A stretch of DNA of 64,000 bases from Porphyridium purpureum (lineage: Eukaryota): the NCBI GenBank assembly GCA_008690995.1, contig VRMN01000015.1:124001-188000 (forward strand), in the 5' to 3' direction. Under the pieces are notes generated by a model. The model worked only from the letters and a program-made list of their open reading frames with translations. It had not been told where the DNA came from and ran no database searches. The position numbers and the translations under genes were made by a program. This document shows, in pieces, positions 54,910-64,000 of the stretch; the first letter of the stretch is position 1, and each line of letters opens with the position of its first letter.

Positions 54910-55032
54910 CCACGTGTAAAGTAGAGCCGAAACCGCGTTCCGCGCTGTCTCATTGCGTGCGCATTTGAAGTGAATCCCACGGCGGAATCAGAGCATACAT
55001 TCGGTACCAATCACTGCAACGGCAGTGGCACT

Positions 55033-56205
55033 TCACCGCAGGGGAATGTCCGTGTCGCTGGCAGCCGGCGACGAGACAATGTGGTTTGGCTCCCGCTCGG
55101 TCCACTTCTGCAGTATGCGAATCGCACGGTACTCGCGAAGCTCGCGCACGACAAGGCTCATACCTCGCTCTGGTGCAAAGCCGTCTTGATTGTACAGAGC
55201 TAGCAGTGAGAGTTGGTCCAATGCTGCGCTCGGGTTCACTTCTGTCCATGGTCTGGAATCTACCATATCGTCTCCTTCCTCGCTCAGGATTTCTTCCAGA
55301 GGATATCCAAAATTCACCCAGCGTGCGTCTCCTTTGGAACAGTCGGCCGGCTCGTCCCTGAGATCGTCCTGCAATAAGCCACACGCGAGACGTGTGCTTC
55401 TTGGCCGGCGCTGCTTGAAATAACAAAAGTAGTAGACAATCAGTTCTTGTACAGACCGGTGCGGCAAGAGCTTGGCTCGATACAGCCTGAACTTCTTGCC
55501 ATGTACTAAAAATGCGTAATCAAACGCAAGAATATCATCCTCTGTCCACGGCCGCGTATGCGGCTGGCTGGTTTCGGAAAGGGCGCGATCCAAGCTTCTC
55601 TTTCTGGAATTTCTCACGTCTGCCGTGGCACATCGCGCCTCTTCCTGCAGCACCAGCAGCATGTCAGAAACGCTTCTTATAGCTTTGTGAATGTCAAACG
55701 AGGCGTTCTTGAGCAGGTTGAGCACGTGCAGACGCTGTGCCGGTGTCATGGAAAGCCCAAGCATGCGCTCGTGCAGCTCGTCGCAACCAATCAGATACCT
55801 ATCCACAAGTGGACCACAAATTTTCTGCGAAGCATGCTCGCCTGACGCGACGGGATCCCAAAGTTTCTCTCCTACGTTGTCAAAGAGTGCGCCTGTGCGT
55901 GTGTCCGGCACAGGCACGGGCGCATGTGCGGGCACCTCTGCCTGGTACCGAGATCCCACTCGAATCTGCCCTTCCGGTCGAAGTGCTGCGCTTGGACCTA
56001 CTTGACTTGCATGCCCAACAGCCATGTGTAGTTGTTGTTGTTGTTGTTGCTGCTGCTGCTGCTGCTGCTCGATAGGAGGCACTGGCATCAATCCGCTTTC
56101 ATCCTGCTCCTGAACCAAGTCGCTTCCCATCATGTCGTTGCCGCTTGCGCTTGCAAGCTCTCCTTCTGCACAGGGCTGTGCCGCTAACGGTGACGGGGAC
56201 TCCAT
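55033..56205 (-). CDS. ELM2-SANT domain corepressor-like protein (MIER/RCOR-like) with polyQ
   Basis: IRVGSRYQAEVP...LWDP (ELM2) and WTEDDILAFDYAFLVHGKKF...RSVQELIVYYF (SANT). Confidence 0.85.
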   Translation of the reverse strand: MESPSPLAAQPCAEGELASASGNDMMGSDLVQEQDESGLMPVPPIEQQQQQQQQQQQQLHMAVGHASQVGPSAALRPEGQIRVGSRYQAEVPAHAPVPVPDTRTGALFDNVGEKLWDPVASGEHASQKICGPLVDRYLIGCDELHERMLGLSMTPAQRLHVLNLLKNASFDIHKAIRSVSDMLLVLQEEARCATADVRNSRKRSLDRALSETSQPHTRPWTEDDILAFDYAFLVHGKKFRLYRAKLLPHRSVQELIVYYFCYFKQRRPRSTRLACGLLQDDLRDEPADCSKGDARWVNFGYPLEEILSEEGDDMVDSRPWTEVNPSAALDQLSLLALYNQDGFAPERGMSLVVRELREYRAIRILQKWTEREPNHIVSSPAASDTDIPLR

Positions 56206-56803
56206 CGCCCTGGACCACGCTGCCCAGCGCGGACGGTGTCACCCCACAAAAAGCAGTCTGAGAGTTGACGAATGCACGCCGCGCAGCTCCTTTCACAGAA
56301 TCCTCGGTTTTCTTGGACCAGACCTCGGCGCGAATGGCCGTGGAAGTTGCCCGTCGGCTACGCGAACGAGCACCAGACGATAGCGGACGAGCCAAGAGAG
56401 CACGAAGCACTCTACCACTTTGCGTGCATTTACTGTGGATCAGGCCTAGAAGCGTGTTTCGAAGCAGGTATTTCGGCAAACTTGCAGCAACCTCTGGGCG
56501 TTAGTCTCGCTCCGGCAGGATAAGAAGCACCGTGTTTTGAGGGGAGTTCGCTGTAGACGGTCGACGCATAGCTGGAATGATCGCACACACTTATGCACGC
56601 ACCTGCAGACTGCGATTGCAAACTGCTTCCCTTGCAATTACCGCAGTCGCAGGTGCTGGCCAAGACGGGCGTGAGTATGTTCAACTGAGAAAATGGATCT
56701 GCATCCATGCGAGCTCTGAGTGCGGCGCCCGGTGCAAAGCCAGTCACGCACTTTCGGTAGGAAGGGGAAAAAAAAAGTCATAAAGAAAGGAAACGCGAAA
56801 CGT

Positions 56804-57265
56804 TTACATGCCAGTGAAGACCTTCTTCCCATCCGCGTCTGGCGCGATGCGGTCAATCTTGAGCACGTTGAAGCTCACGGTCTTACTTAATGGTCGGCAC
56901 TGTCCGATGGTGACCTGGTCGCCCTCTCTAATGCGGAACGCCGGGCTGCAGTGCGCGGGCACGTTGCGGTGGCGCTTCTCGAATCGCTTATACTTCTTCA
57001 CCCAGTGCAAGTAATCCCTGCGGATCACAATCGTGCGCTTCATCTTTGTGCTGATCACGACGCCACGCATCAGCGTTCCGCGGACGGACACGTTCCCCGT
57101 GAACGGGCACTTCTTATCCACAAAATCGCCGTTAATCGCCTCGCTCGGCGTCTTGATGCCCAGCCCGACGTTCTTGTACCAACGTCCCTTTGTGCGCCCA
57201 ACCTTCCCCGCAAGAGACACGGCCTCCTGCTTCTGGAACGCCTTTTCCGTCTGGATGTCAGCCAT
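56804..57265 (-). CDS. RPS11: 40S ribosomal protein S11 (uS17)
   Basis: [13 protein letters not shown]...[14 protein letters not shown]...KYKRFEKRH...[15 protein letters not shown]. Confidence 0.98.
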   Translation of the reverse strand: MADIQTEKAFQKQEAVSLAGKVGRTKGRWYKNVGLGIKTPSEAINGDFVDKKCPFTGNVSVRGTLMRGVVISTKMKRTIVIRRDYLHWVKKYKRFEKRHRNVPAHCSPAFRIREGDQVTIGQCRPLSKTVSFNVLKIDRIAPDADGKKVFTGM

Positions 57266-58116
57266 CTTCCCTCACACACCCGCCCCGCGCTCCCTCCACA
57301 CCCCGAACCCACGTCCACCTCTCCACTCCCTCCTCCCTTTCTTCGCTCTTCTCCCTTCTACCCACTCCCGCCTCCTTCAGCCTTTTTCCTTCGTCCTATT
57401 GCGCACTTCATATCAAAACACCCGTGTTTCACTAGACGAATCGCGTTGTGCGCGTCGAGCGACGGCGGCGCAGCGCACGCGTGAGGTACAGTTCGCACGC
57501 GCTCCTATGGTCCTCCTAAGGTACTGTGAACCACAAAACGGTTAACAGTTAACGTTTAACGGTTACTTCTGCGTTGACCAGGGAACAAGTGGTGACTGGC
57601 AGTGATGCATGGATGGATGGATAGTCGGTGGCCTGTAGCCCGGTGGCAAGACGCTGAAGACAACGGCGCGCTGGTGTTTGTGATACCCGCGCAGACAGCC
57701 GGGCGCACGGCGTGGCTATTGAGGGTGTGGGTGTGTACCGAATCATCCATGCCAGTCACAAAAGTTCTTTCCACACGTCGCGTGCGCGGTGCGAACTTCG
57801 CGTGGTGGATGCGCATCAGGCGGCGCGAGATTTCGGAACAGGCACTGAACACTAGGGTCTCTCTAGACACTGTACACTATACTGAGTACAGTCTATGCTG
57901 TACCCCCTCAGGAAGATTGACGAAACGCGTGCGTGGTTTCAAATTGATTCGGAAACGAGTAACGGCACGTGAATGATTAAATGGCGCGTTTTGAGTATGA
58001 GATAGGTACAGTTGGGAGTACAGAGCTCTCCATTTTCTCGGAGGAAAGGGCGAAGGCTCGACTCGCGGAGTCGAGGAGGAACTCAAGCAACGGCAGCAGA
58101 GGAACGGCAAGAACAG

Positions 58117-58773
58117 ATGAGGACGCTGGTTGGGTTTGTGGGAGGAGTTGGCGGTGTTGTGTCTGCGCGCGCGCGGGCAGGTGGGTGCGGACAGCGAGTG
58201 GAACGCGCCGTGGCTGGAGGTTGTGGTGCTGGTTGGGTGAGCGCGGGGCGGAGGGCTCGTGCGGAGGTCAGGATGGCGTCGTCGGATGACAGGTTGGATC
58301 CTGGGGAAAGGACCACCACACCCGAGGAGAGGGCAAGAGCGGCAGCTCTTCGGAAGGGAAGCACAGGTGCTGCCGCTGAGAAGGAGAGTGAGGCACCTCG
58401 TCGCAAGACTGTTTTCGACACCATTGGCAGTGTCGCGATTGATGAGGATGCGCGACAGAAGTACGTGCTCATCCAAATCGGCTACGATGGTCGCACTCGG
58501 CACCTTGTGCGAGGTTCAAAACACGCGCCATACCACCTGGATGCCGCGGAGCCCACGCTCAAAATGCTGGCGCAAAGCAGACTGCCCGGACTCTCGTATG
58601 AGGTCCTTGGCGGCGGGCGCATAATGCACGACTCGCAGAAGAAGAAAATCAACATCTTTGGCCACTCATACGGCTTTCCGTGGAGCAACGGGCCGCTCCA
58701 TCATGTCTCTGCGGCCCTCGTGCAAGAAAGCTTCCCAGACTTCCACATCGAAACGTCCGACGAAGGGTATTGA
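58117..58773 (+). CDS. Janus/Ocnus-family 14-kDa phosphohistidine phosphatase (PHPT1-like) with a transit-peptide-like extension
   Basis: VAIDE...KYVLI...LVRG...YH...LGGGRI-x-H...INIFGHSYGF...SDEGY. Confidence 0.85.
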   Translation: MRTLVGFVGGVGGVVSARARAGGCGQRVERAVAGGCGAGWVSAGRRARAEVRMASSDDRLDPGERTTTPEERARAAALRKGSTGAAAEKESEAPRRKTVFDTIGSVAIDEDARQKYVLIQIGYDGRTRHLVRGSKHAPYHLDAAEPTLKMLAQSRLPGLSYEVLGGGRIMHDSQKKKINIFGHSYGFPWSNGPLHHVSAALVQESFPDFHIETSDEGY

Positions 58774-59000
58774 ACTGTCGAACCAATAAAGCTGCTTACT
58801 GGTTTCCTTTTGTTGAGACTAATAGAAACCGCCCGTTCTCATATAAAACGGCCACGCGCCAATTAACCGTTTCCTTGCGATTACTGTACTTTATACTGTA
58901 CTCCGCGGCGCGCCGCAACCTTGTGTGCGTGCGTTGCACGGAGGGAGGGAGAGAGACAGCAACGTGCTGACGACGCGCGCGCGACAGGCGGCAGTGAGCC

Positions 59001-61376
59001 ATGTTTGTGCATTCTCACGCGCCGCTGGAGGGCACGCGCCCCGGAACAAGTGTGTCTTCGCGCCGCCGGCGTCACGGCGGCGGCGTTGCTTTGAATGACG
59101 TGGGTGTGGGTGTGTTTTTGTCGCGCAGGGCCAGCGGGCTTCGATTGAGGCAGCTGGTTCTGACTTGCGCCTCGTCAAAGCAAGGGCAAGGGAAGGAGCA
59201 AGGTAGACGATGGCAAGCGGAGGCTGAATCTGATCGCGATGTCGTGGCTGGTGTAAATGATGATCGGGAACCGGAATTCGAGCAAAATGCCGAGAATGGC
59301 GTTTCTACTGGTCGTAAGGAGATACCGGGTGCCGAAAACTCAGTCCAGGCGAATTTGGACGAACAGGTGCCTGAGGATCCAAACGAGTTTCTCAGGTGGA
59401 TTGACCAAAATATTGCAAAGGCAAGCGGACCTCCGAAGAAGCCTGCGTCGTCATCAATGCCGGTTAATGGCGCATCATCGCCTTTGGCGTCTTCGTCTCG
59501 GTCCTCACCGTCAAGTGCTCAGCCCTTGCAGCAACGGCAGAGGGTGTTCAGAACAAGCGCAAAGAACGGAACGGGCCGGACTGTGCGGAACACTGCTCGC
59601 TCAAGTCGGGATGCCAATGAGGCCAAACCGCCGGTCGAGGTCAGCCGCACTCGAGACAGCGTAGGAAAGCAGCATCTGATGCGCCGCTTACGAGAGCTCA
59701 AACAGGAGCTCTACCCCGTAGAAATAGACGGGACGCTGAACCCGCTGGACATGTGGAAGGGCCGCTGGTTTTGTTCGTTGCAGGAAATCGTCGAAAGCGG
59801 CGACTGCGATGCGGCGTGCGCTGCACGCGCACTGCGATTGCTGGTTCTCCTAGCGCGGCAGTCAATTGAATCGTTTCTGACCGTGCGGCGGTACCTCGAG
59901 GTCTCGGAGTTTATGCTTTATTTTGAGCGTGTGACATCAGCTTCCATGCCCACCGTGCATCATGTTCCGCTCAGCGCCTTTCTGCACGCCTTTGCGACGC
60001 TCGAATTTACACCGTCGCGGCGTTGGACACAGCTGTGGCTTGCGCGTGCAGAAAATGTCTACTTTGATGTGCAGGGGCTGCCGAATGTACTCTGGGCGCT
60101 CGCCAAGCTCCAGATCGCCCCGACTGAACCGCTGCTGAACAACTGGTACGCGGCGTTCGGTCGCGAGCAGCGTAAATTCAAGGCGCAGGGTATTGCGAAT
60201 GTGATGTGGGCGTTTGCGCGGCTGCAGGTGCAACCGGAGCGCCGCTTTCTTCGTGACTGGGTTGCTTGTTTTCAGCGCGAAGCCGAGCTGCGCGCATTCA
60301 ATGCGCAGGCGTTATCGAATATTATTTGGGCGCTCGCGAGGCTCAATATTAATTTCAAGAAGCGGCTGTCCGGGTTTTTGAGCAGCTGGTACCAGGCGTA
60401 CGCGGACAAGCATGACGAGTTTAATAGCCAAGGTGTTGCGAATTGCGTGTGGGCGTTTGGGCGGCTCGAGATCCAGCCGTCCCAGTCCTTCCTGAGCATA
60501 TGGGGGAGCGACTTTGCCCGCGTGCACGAGCAAATGAACTCGCAAGCGCTCGCCAACTGCTTGTGGAGCCTCGCTCGTGTGTCGATACCCTTGAGCTTTC
60601 TGCCGCCTGCCTTTGTTGATTTGTGGTGCCGTGGATTTGAGCGCGAGCTCTTTCAGTTTAGTCCGCAAGCGCTCGCCAACACGCTCTGGTCATTTGGGCG
60701 TCTGGAGTTGCGCCCACCCGCGTACTTTTGGGACTTGTGGTTCGACGCGTTTGGACGCGCCGCGGTTCACTTTAACGCGCAAGAGCTCGGCAATGCGATG
60801 TGGGCCCTGGGACGCCTGGAATATGCACCGGCACCTGCATTTTTGGAGAGCTGGTACTACCGCTTTTCGTGTGTGGAACCCCACGCCGACAGCCAGTGCC
60901 TGTCCAACTCACTGTGGGGTCTCGCGCGTTTGGAAGAGCAGCCGCGCAGCTCATTTTTGGAGCTTTGGTATCTCGCAGCAGACCGAGAAATGACAAACAG
61001 CCAGTGCTCGGCACAAGCACTTTCGAATATGATGTGGGCGCACGGCAAGCTGGGTATCACGCCCCGCGACACCTTCTTGGATGCTTGGTATAATGCATGC
61101 AGGTCTGAACAAGATGCACTTGAGCCACAAGCACTGGCCAATACGATTTGGGCATTCAGCCGGCTTGGGATACGGCCACGTGAAGAGTTCATGAAGAGCT
61201 GGGTCACGCTGTTTAACAAGAGTGCCGAGAGCACGAGCGAAGAGACCTTAAGCATGTACGAGAATGCATTTGAGCGTTTGCTGTCCATGCCGACTCTGGC
61301 CGGCAGGGAGCCGCAATCTGATTCGGAGCTGGACTCGGACCCGGAGCAGGATGAACCAGCAGCGTTCATGAAATAG
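59001..61376 (+). CDS. Octotricopeptide-repeat (OPR)-like organellar RNA-binding protein
   Basis: About ten tandem repeats of roughly 38-41 aa of the form F-x-x-Q-(A/G)-L-(S/A)-N-x-x-W-A-x-(A/G)-(R/K)-L, after a long N-terminal leader. Confidence 0.85.
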   Translation: MFVHSHAPLEGTRPGTSVSSRRRRHGGGVALNDVGVGVFLSRRASGLRLRQLVLTCASSKQGQGKEQGRRWQAEAESDRDVVAGVNDDREPEFEQNAENGVSTGRKEIPGAENSVQANLDEQVPEDPNEFLRWIDQNIAKASGPPKKPASSSMPVNGASSPLASSSRSSPSSAQPLQQRQRVFRTSAKNGTGRTVRNTARSSRDANEAKPPVEVSRTRDSVGKQHLMRRLRELKQELYPVEIDGTLNPLDMWKGRWFCSLQEIVESGDCDAACAARALRLLVLLARQSIESFLTVRRYLEVSEFMLYFERVTSASMPTVHHVPLSAFLHAFATLEFTPSRRWTQLWLARAENVYFDVQGLPNVLWALAKLQIAPTEPLLNNWYAAFGREQRKFKAQGIANVMWAFARLQVQPERRFLRDWVACFQREAELRAFNAQALSNIIWALARLNINFKKRLSGFLSSWYQAYADKHDEFNSQGVANCVWAFGRLEIQPSQSFLSIWGSDFARVHEQMNSQALANCLWSLARVSIPLSFLPPAFVDLWCRGFERELFQFSPQALANTLWSFGRLELRPPAYFWDLWFDAFGRAAVHFNAQELGNAMWALGRLEYAPAPAFLESWYYRFSCVEPHADSQCLSNSLWGLARLEEQPRSSFLELWYLAADREMTNSQCSAQALSNMMWAHGKLGITPRDTFLDAWYNACRSEQDALEPQALANTIWAFSRLGIRPREEFMKSWVTLFNKSAESTSEETLSMYENAFERLLSMPTLAGREPQSDSELDSDPEQDEPAAFMK

Positions 61377-61496
61377 GGCCGCATTTTGAGGACGGAGGTT
61401 GAGAAATCGTGAAAGAAGCCAAGCGCGACAAATGGTTTTTTTTCTTTTTTTTCTTTCTTTTTTCTCTGTAGTCTGTCAGACCATGTGTCGTGCACT

Positions 61497-62111
61497 TTAC
61501 TCGATTGGAAATGCTTGGTCAAAGAATTCGCGCACGGCGCTAAGCGCACGATACCTGTGCGAGATACTATTTTTGACGTCCCGGTCCATCTCGGCGTATG
61601 TGAGGTGGAAGCCGTCGGGCAAAAAGATCGGATCCCATCCGAAATTCGCAGGCCCCCGCGATGCAACAATCGTCCCACTGGTCTTACCAACAAAAGTGCG
61701 GGCCTCAAGCTCTTCCCCCGACCACGTTGATCCGTCGCAGTAGGCAAAGATACACTGCGCGTACGCCGAGCGATCGTCAAAGCCGTCGAGCATTCGGTTC
61801 AACCCGTCATGTCCGATCTTTTCGAGAAACCACTTGATGTACGGTCCGGGCAAGCCTTGCAGGGCATTAAAACACAGACTTGTGTCCTCCACCAGCACCG
61901 CACACTTGAGCTGCTGTGCCGCGAGCCTGGCCTTATTGCTCGCGATCTCGAGAGGGTCGCCCTGCAGCTCTGGCAAGTCGAGCTTATGAGAAGTTAGCTG
62001 CACGCGATTTGTCGCGGCTTGATCGCCGCCCAGAATACTGCGCACTTCCCGAAGCTTATTTTCGTTACCCGTCACAAACGTCACGGTCAAGTCGGCGCCG
62101 GACGCGGCCAT
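61497..62111 (-). CDS. ITPA: Inosine triphosphate pyrophosphatase (HAM1 family)
   Basis: [55 protein letters not shown]. Confidence 0.96.
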   Translation of the reverse strand: MAASGADLTVTFVTGNENKLREVRSILGGDQAATNRVQLTSHKLDLPELQGDPLEIASNKARLAAQQLKCAVLVEDTSLCFNALQGLPGPYIKWFLEKIGHDGLNRMLDGFDDRSAYAQCIFAYCDGSTWSGEELEARTFVGKTSGTIVASRGPANFGWDPIFLPDGFHLTYAEMDRDVKNSISHRYRALSAVREFFDQAFPIE

Positions 62112-62446
62112 CGTCGCCCAAGTGCTGCGCGCGCAACGTGGACGCGCGAAACGGCGGGCACGAAAACGCCACGTCGGCGTGCGGTGCGCGCGACGCGAAA
62201 GAAGCCCTGGCGGTAATACGAATGCGGCAAAATCGTGTGAGTGACCGGGCATTCTGTTCCTGAACGAGGATCCGCGGTTTTCCCTCGCACCGCTTCAAAG
62301 TATGCAACTGAACTTAGCTGGTGCATTGGAGCCGAACCTACCGGGTTCTGGCGCGAGCCAATTCACCGGGACGCATGGGCAGGACGCCGCCTAGCCGTAT
62401 CGAGCTTTCACCTGCGGGCGCGAGCCGCCACCTGCAACGAACTTTA

Positions 62447-62797
62447 TTAATGAGCGTACTTAAAATGAATCAGGTCATCGACGAACGCCGAGCTGACGGG
62501 CACGCCATGCTTCTCACAAATTTCCTTGATCTGCTTTGCGTCGGCTGCCTTTTGCTCCGGCGTGGCGCCCATTTTCTTCGCCATTTTCTTCAAGAGCTCG
62601 CGCTCCTCCTTCTGAAAGTAGACCGCCTCCTGCGCGTGCTCCTTGTCCTCCCACGAGCGGCCCAACCCCCCCGACGCAATCTCGCCCGACAGTCCGCACC
62701 GCGAGACGTACCCCACACTCCCCACGCCAGCGACTCTACTCCAAGCGCTGAGTCCGCGACCCCACCCAACTCTGGCCACGCTCATGCTCACCGCCAT
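62447..62797 (-). CDS. Mitochondrial F1Fo-ATPase inhibitor (IF1)-like protein
   Basis: Basic presequence followed by WEDKEHAQEAVYFQKEERELLKKM, resembling the IF1 inhibitory core. Confidence 0.65.
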   Translation of the reverse strand: MAVSMSVARVGWGRGLSAWSRVAGVGSVGYVSRCGLSGEIASGGLGRSWEDKEHAQEAVYFQKEERELLKKMAKKMGATPEQKAADAKQIKEICEKHGVPVSSAFVDDLIHFKYAH

Positions 62798-63887
62798 CTT
62801 CTCCTTCTCTCCTCTTCCGTCCCTTCCGCCTCTCCTCTCTCTCCTACCTCCTCTCTCCCCCCCACAACCAACACCGAAAAACTTTATAGCGTCATCTTCG
62901 CCCCTACACAAAATCAGCGCCTTCTTCTCACACTCCCACCTGGCACGATCCTTTGCTCACCAAAATCACAAAACAACCCAGATTTACTAGGACAGCGCCC
63001 AGCCGGGTAGAGGAGGTACAGCCAAAATCCAACAGAGTACAGCGATGTACAGCGGCATGTACAGTCTTGTACAGTGAGGTGTACTGTGGGAATTGGCGCA
63101 CAATCGGTTCAGCTGGACGGTGGGCGTGCGAGCTGAAATCTGGCGCTGCGTGTTGATGCGCTACGCGGCAGCTGCACGCACGAAGGGGATTACGTCTCGT
63201 GTAGGATGTAGCACTTTTTCCCAGGCTGGCATGTGCTCCCGCGCGCACGACCACTGTGGTCGAGTGATCGGCGTCGAGCTTGATGTGCGGGGTATGTATG
63301 ACTATCGATGCGCGGCTTTGGGTTCAGTCAGGCGCCCGTCACGCTCTTTGATCGTGGCAGCGGCCAGCATTGGCACAGTTCTTGGCCAAGCTTCCTTGCG
63401 GGAGACCGGTCTTCGGGCAGCGGTTTTGCCGTGGAACAAGCCGCTGCTGTGCGCGCGCATTTCGCCACGCTGGCTGCACCGACGCCGACGCGACTGCGGC
63501 TGTTTCCTCGCGACCGCGCCATGCGTCATGAGCAAACCCGCGCGCGCGTGCCTCTGCATAGCCAGCGCCGCGTGCTGGCTCCATGCACCGCGTTCCTCAC
63601 TCATCCAGCAAGCCACAAACTGCGACGACGCCACGCCGTCTGATGGCAGACTTGGGATTCCGTGTTGACATTTGCATTCAGTAGCAGCAGGCGCTCGAGG
63701 GGTCATCGCGGGGTCATCGCAAGTCACGACGCACAAGCATCACGAAATCGGTGCGTTTTGATGGAGACGTGCGCTGTACCCAACACCACAACTGTACCTT
63801 CACCACCGATTTTTAGATGTTCGCGGGCCGGCGCGGTGGCACGTACAGTATACTGTACTTTCTAGGGTTTCGGTTTTGAGAGGATGA

Positions 63888-63913
63888 TTAGGGTTAGGGT
63901 TTAGGGTTTAGGG
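63888..63913 (+). repeat. Interstitial telomere-like tract TTAGGG-TTAGGG-TTTAGGG-TTTAGGG
   Basis: Read directly. An additional TAGGGTTT lies at 63863, and GGATTTTT repeats follow. Confidence 0.85.
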
Positions 63914-64000
63914 GGAAGTTTGGATTTTTGGATTTTTGGATTTTGGAGGCGGTGGCGGTGGCGATGCTGTCGGTAGCGGGGAAGGGCGAGTGGGAGAGAG

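Noticed and set aside
63888..63913. Chromosome end
   Set aside because: There are only four repeat units, followed by non-telomeric sequence.

Overview
Gene-dense, nearly intron-free, GC-rich eukaryotic nuclear DNA. It is most consistent with a unicellular red alga such as Porphyridium; this is inferred from the compact genes, M-x(1-7)-(A/G)FVG transit-peptide-like N-termini and gene content. About 25 host genes are supported: P5C dehydrogenase (partial), a CLC antiporter, RPS17, a TRPC4AP-like protein, an OTU protease, anthranilate synthase alpha, IscA, an AlgH/DUF179 protein, a divergent actin, PabA-PabB ADC synthase, a frameshifted subtilase, a GT47 exostosin, Argonaute, an ELM2-SANT protein, RPS11, a PHPT1-like protein, an OPR protein, ITPA, an IF1-like protein and several hypotheticals. 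The standout is an intact 6.4-kb LTR retrotransposon (13145-19555) with apparently identical 237-bp LTRs. It combines Ty3/Gypsy-like Gag and protease with Copia-order INT-RT-RNaseH. It also has a Cys/His cluster and a TRF/telobox-like Myb domain after the integrase core, a half-tRNAiMet PBS, non-canonical ends and a host-like antisense promoter in its leader. Other notable items are a slicer-dead Argonaute with an RGG insert in PAZ and a phased palindrome array upstream, a pre-miRNA-like hairpin, an 8-bp duplication breaking the subtilase, a recurrent GTACAG promoter motif and octamer satellites near gene starts. All calls are by eye; no database searches were run.
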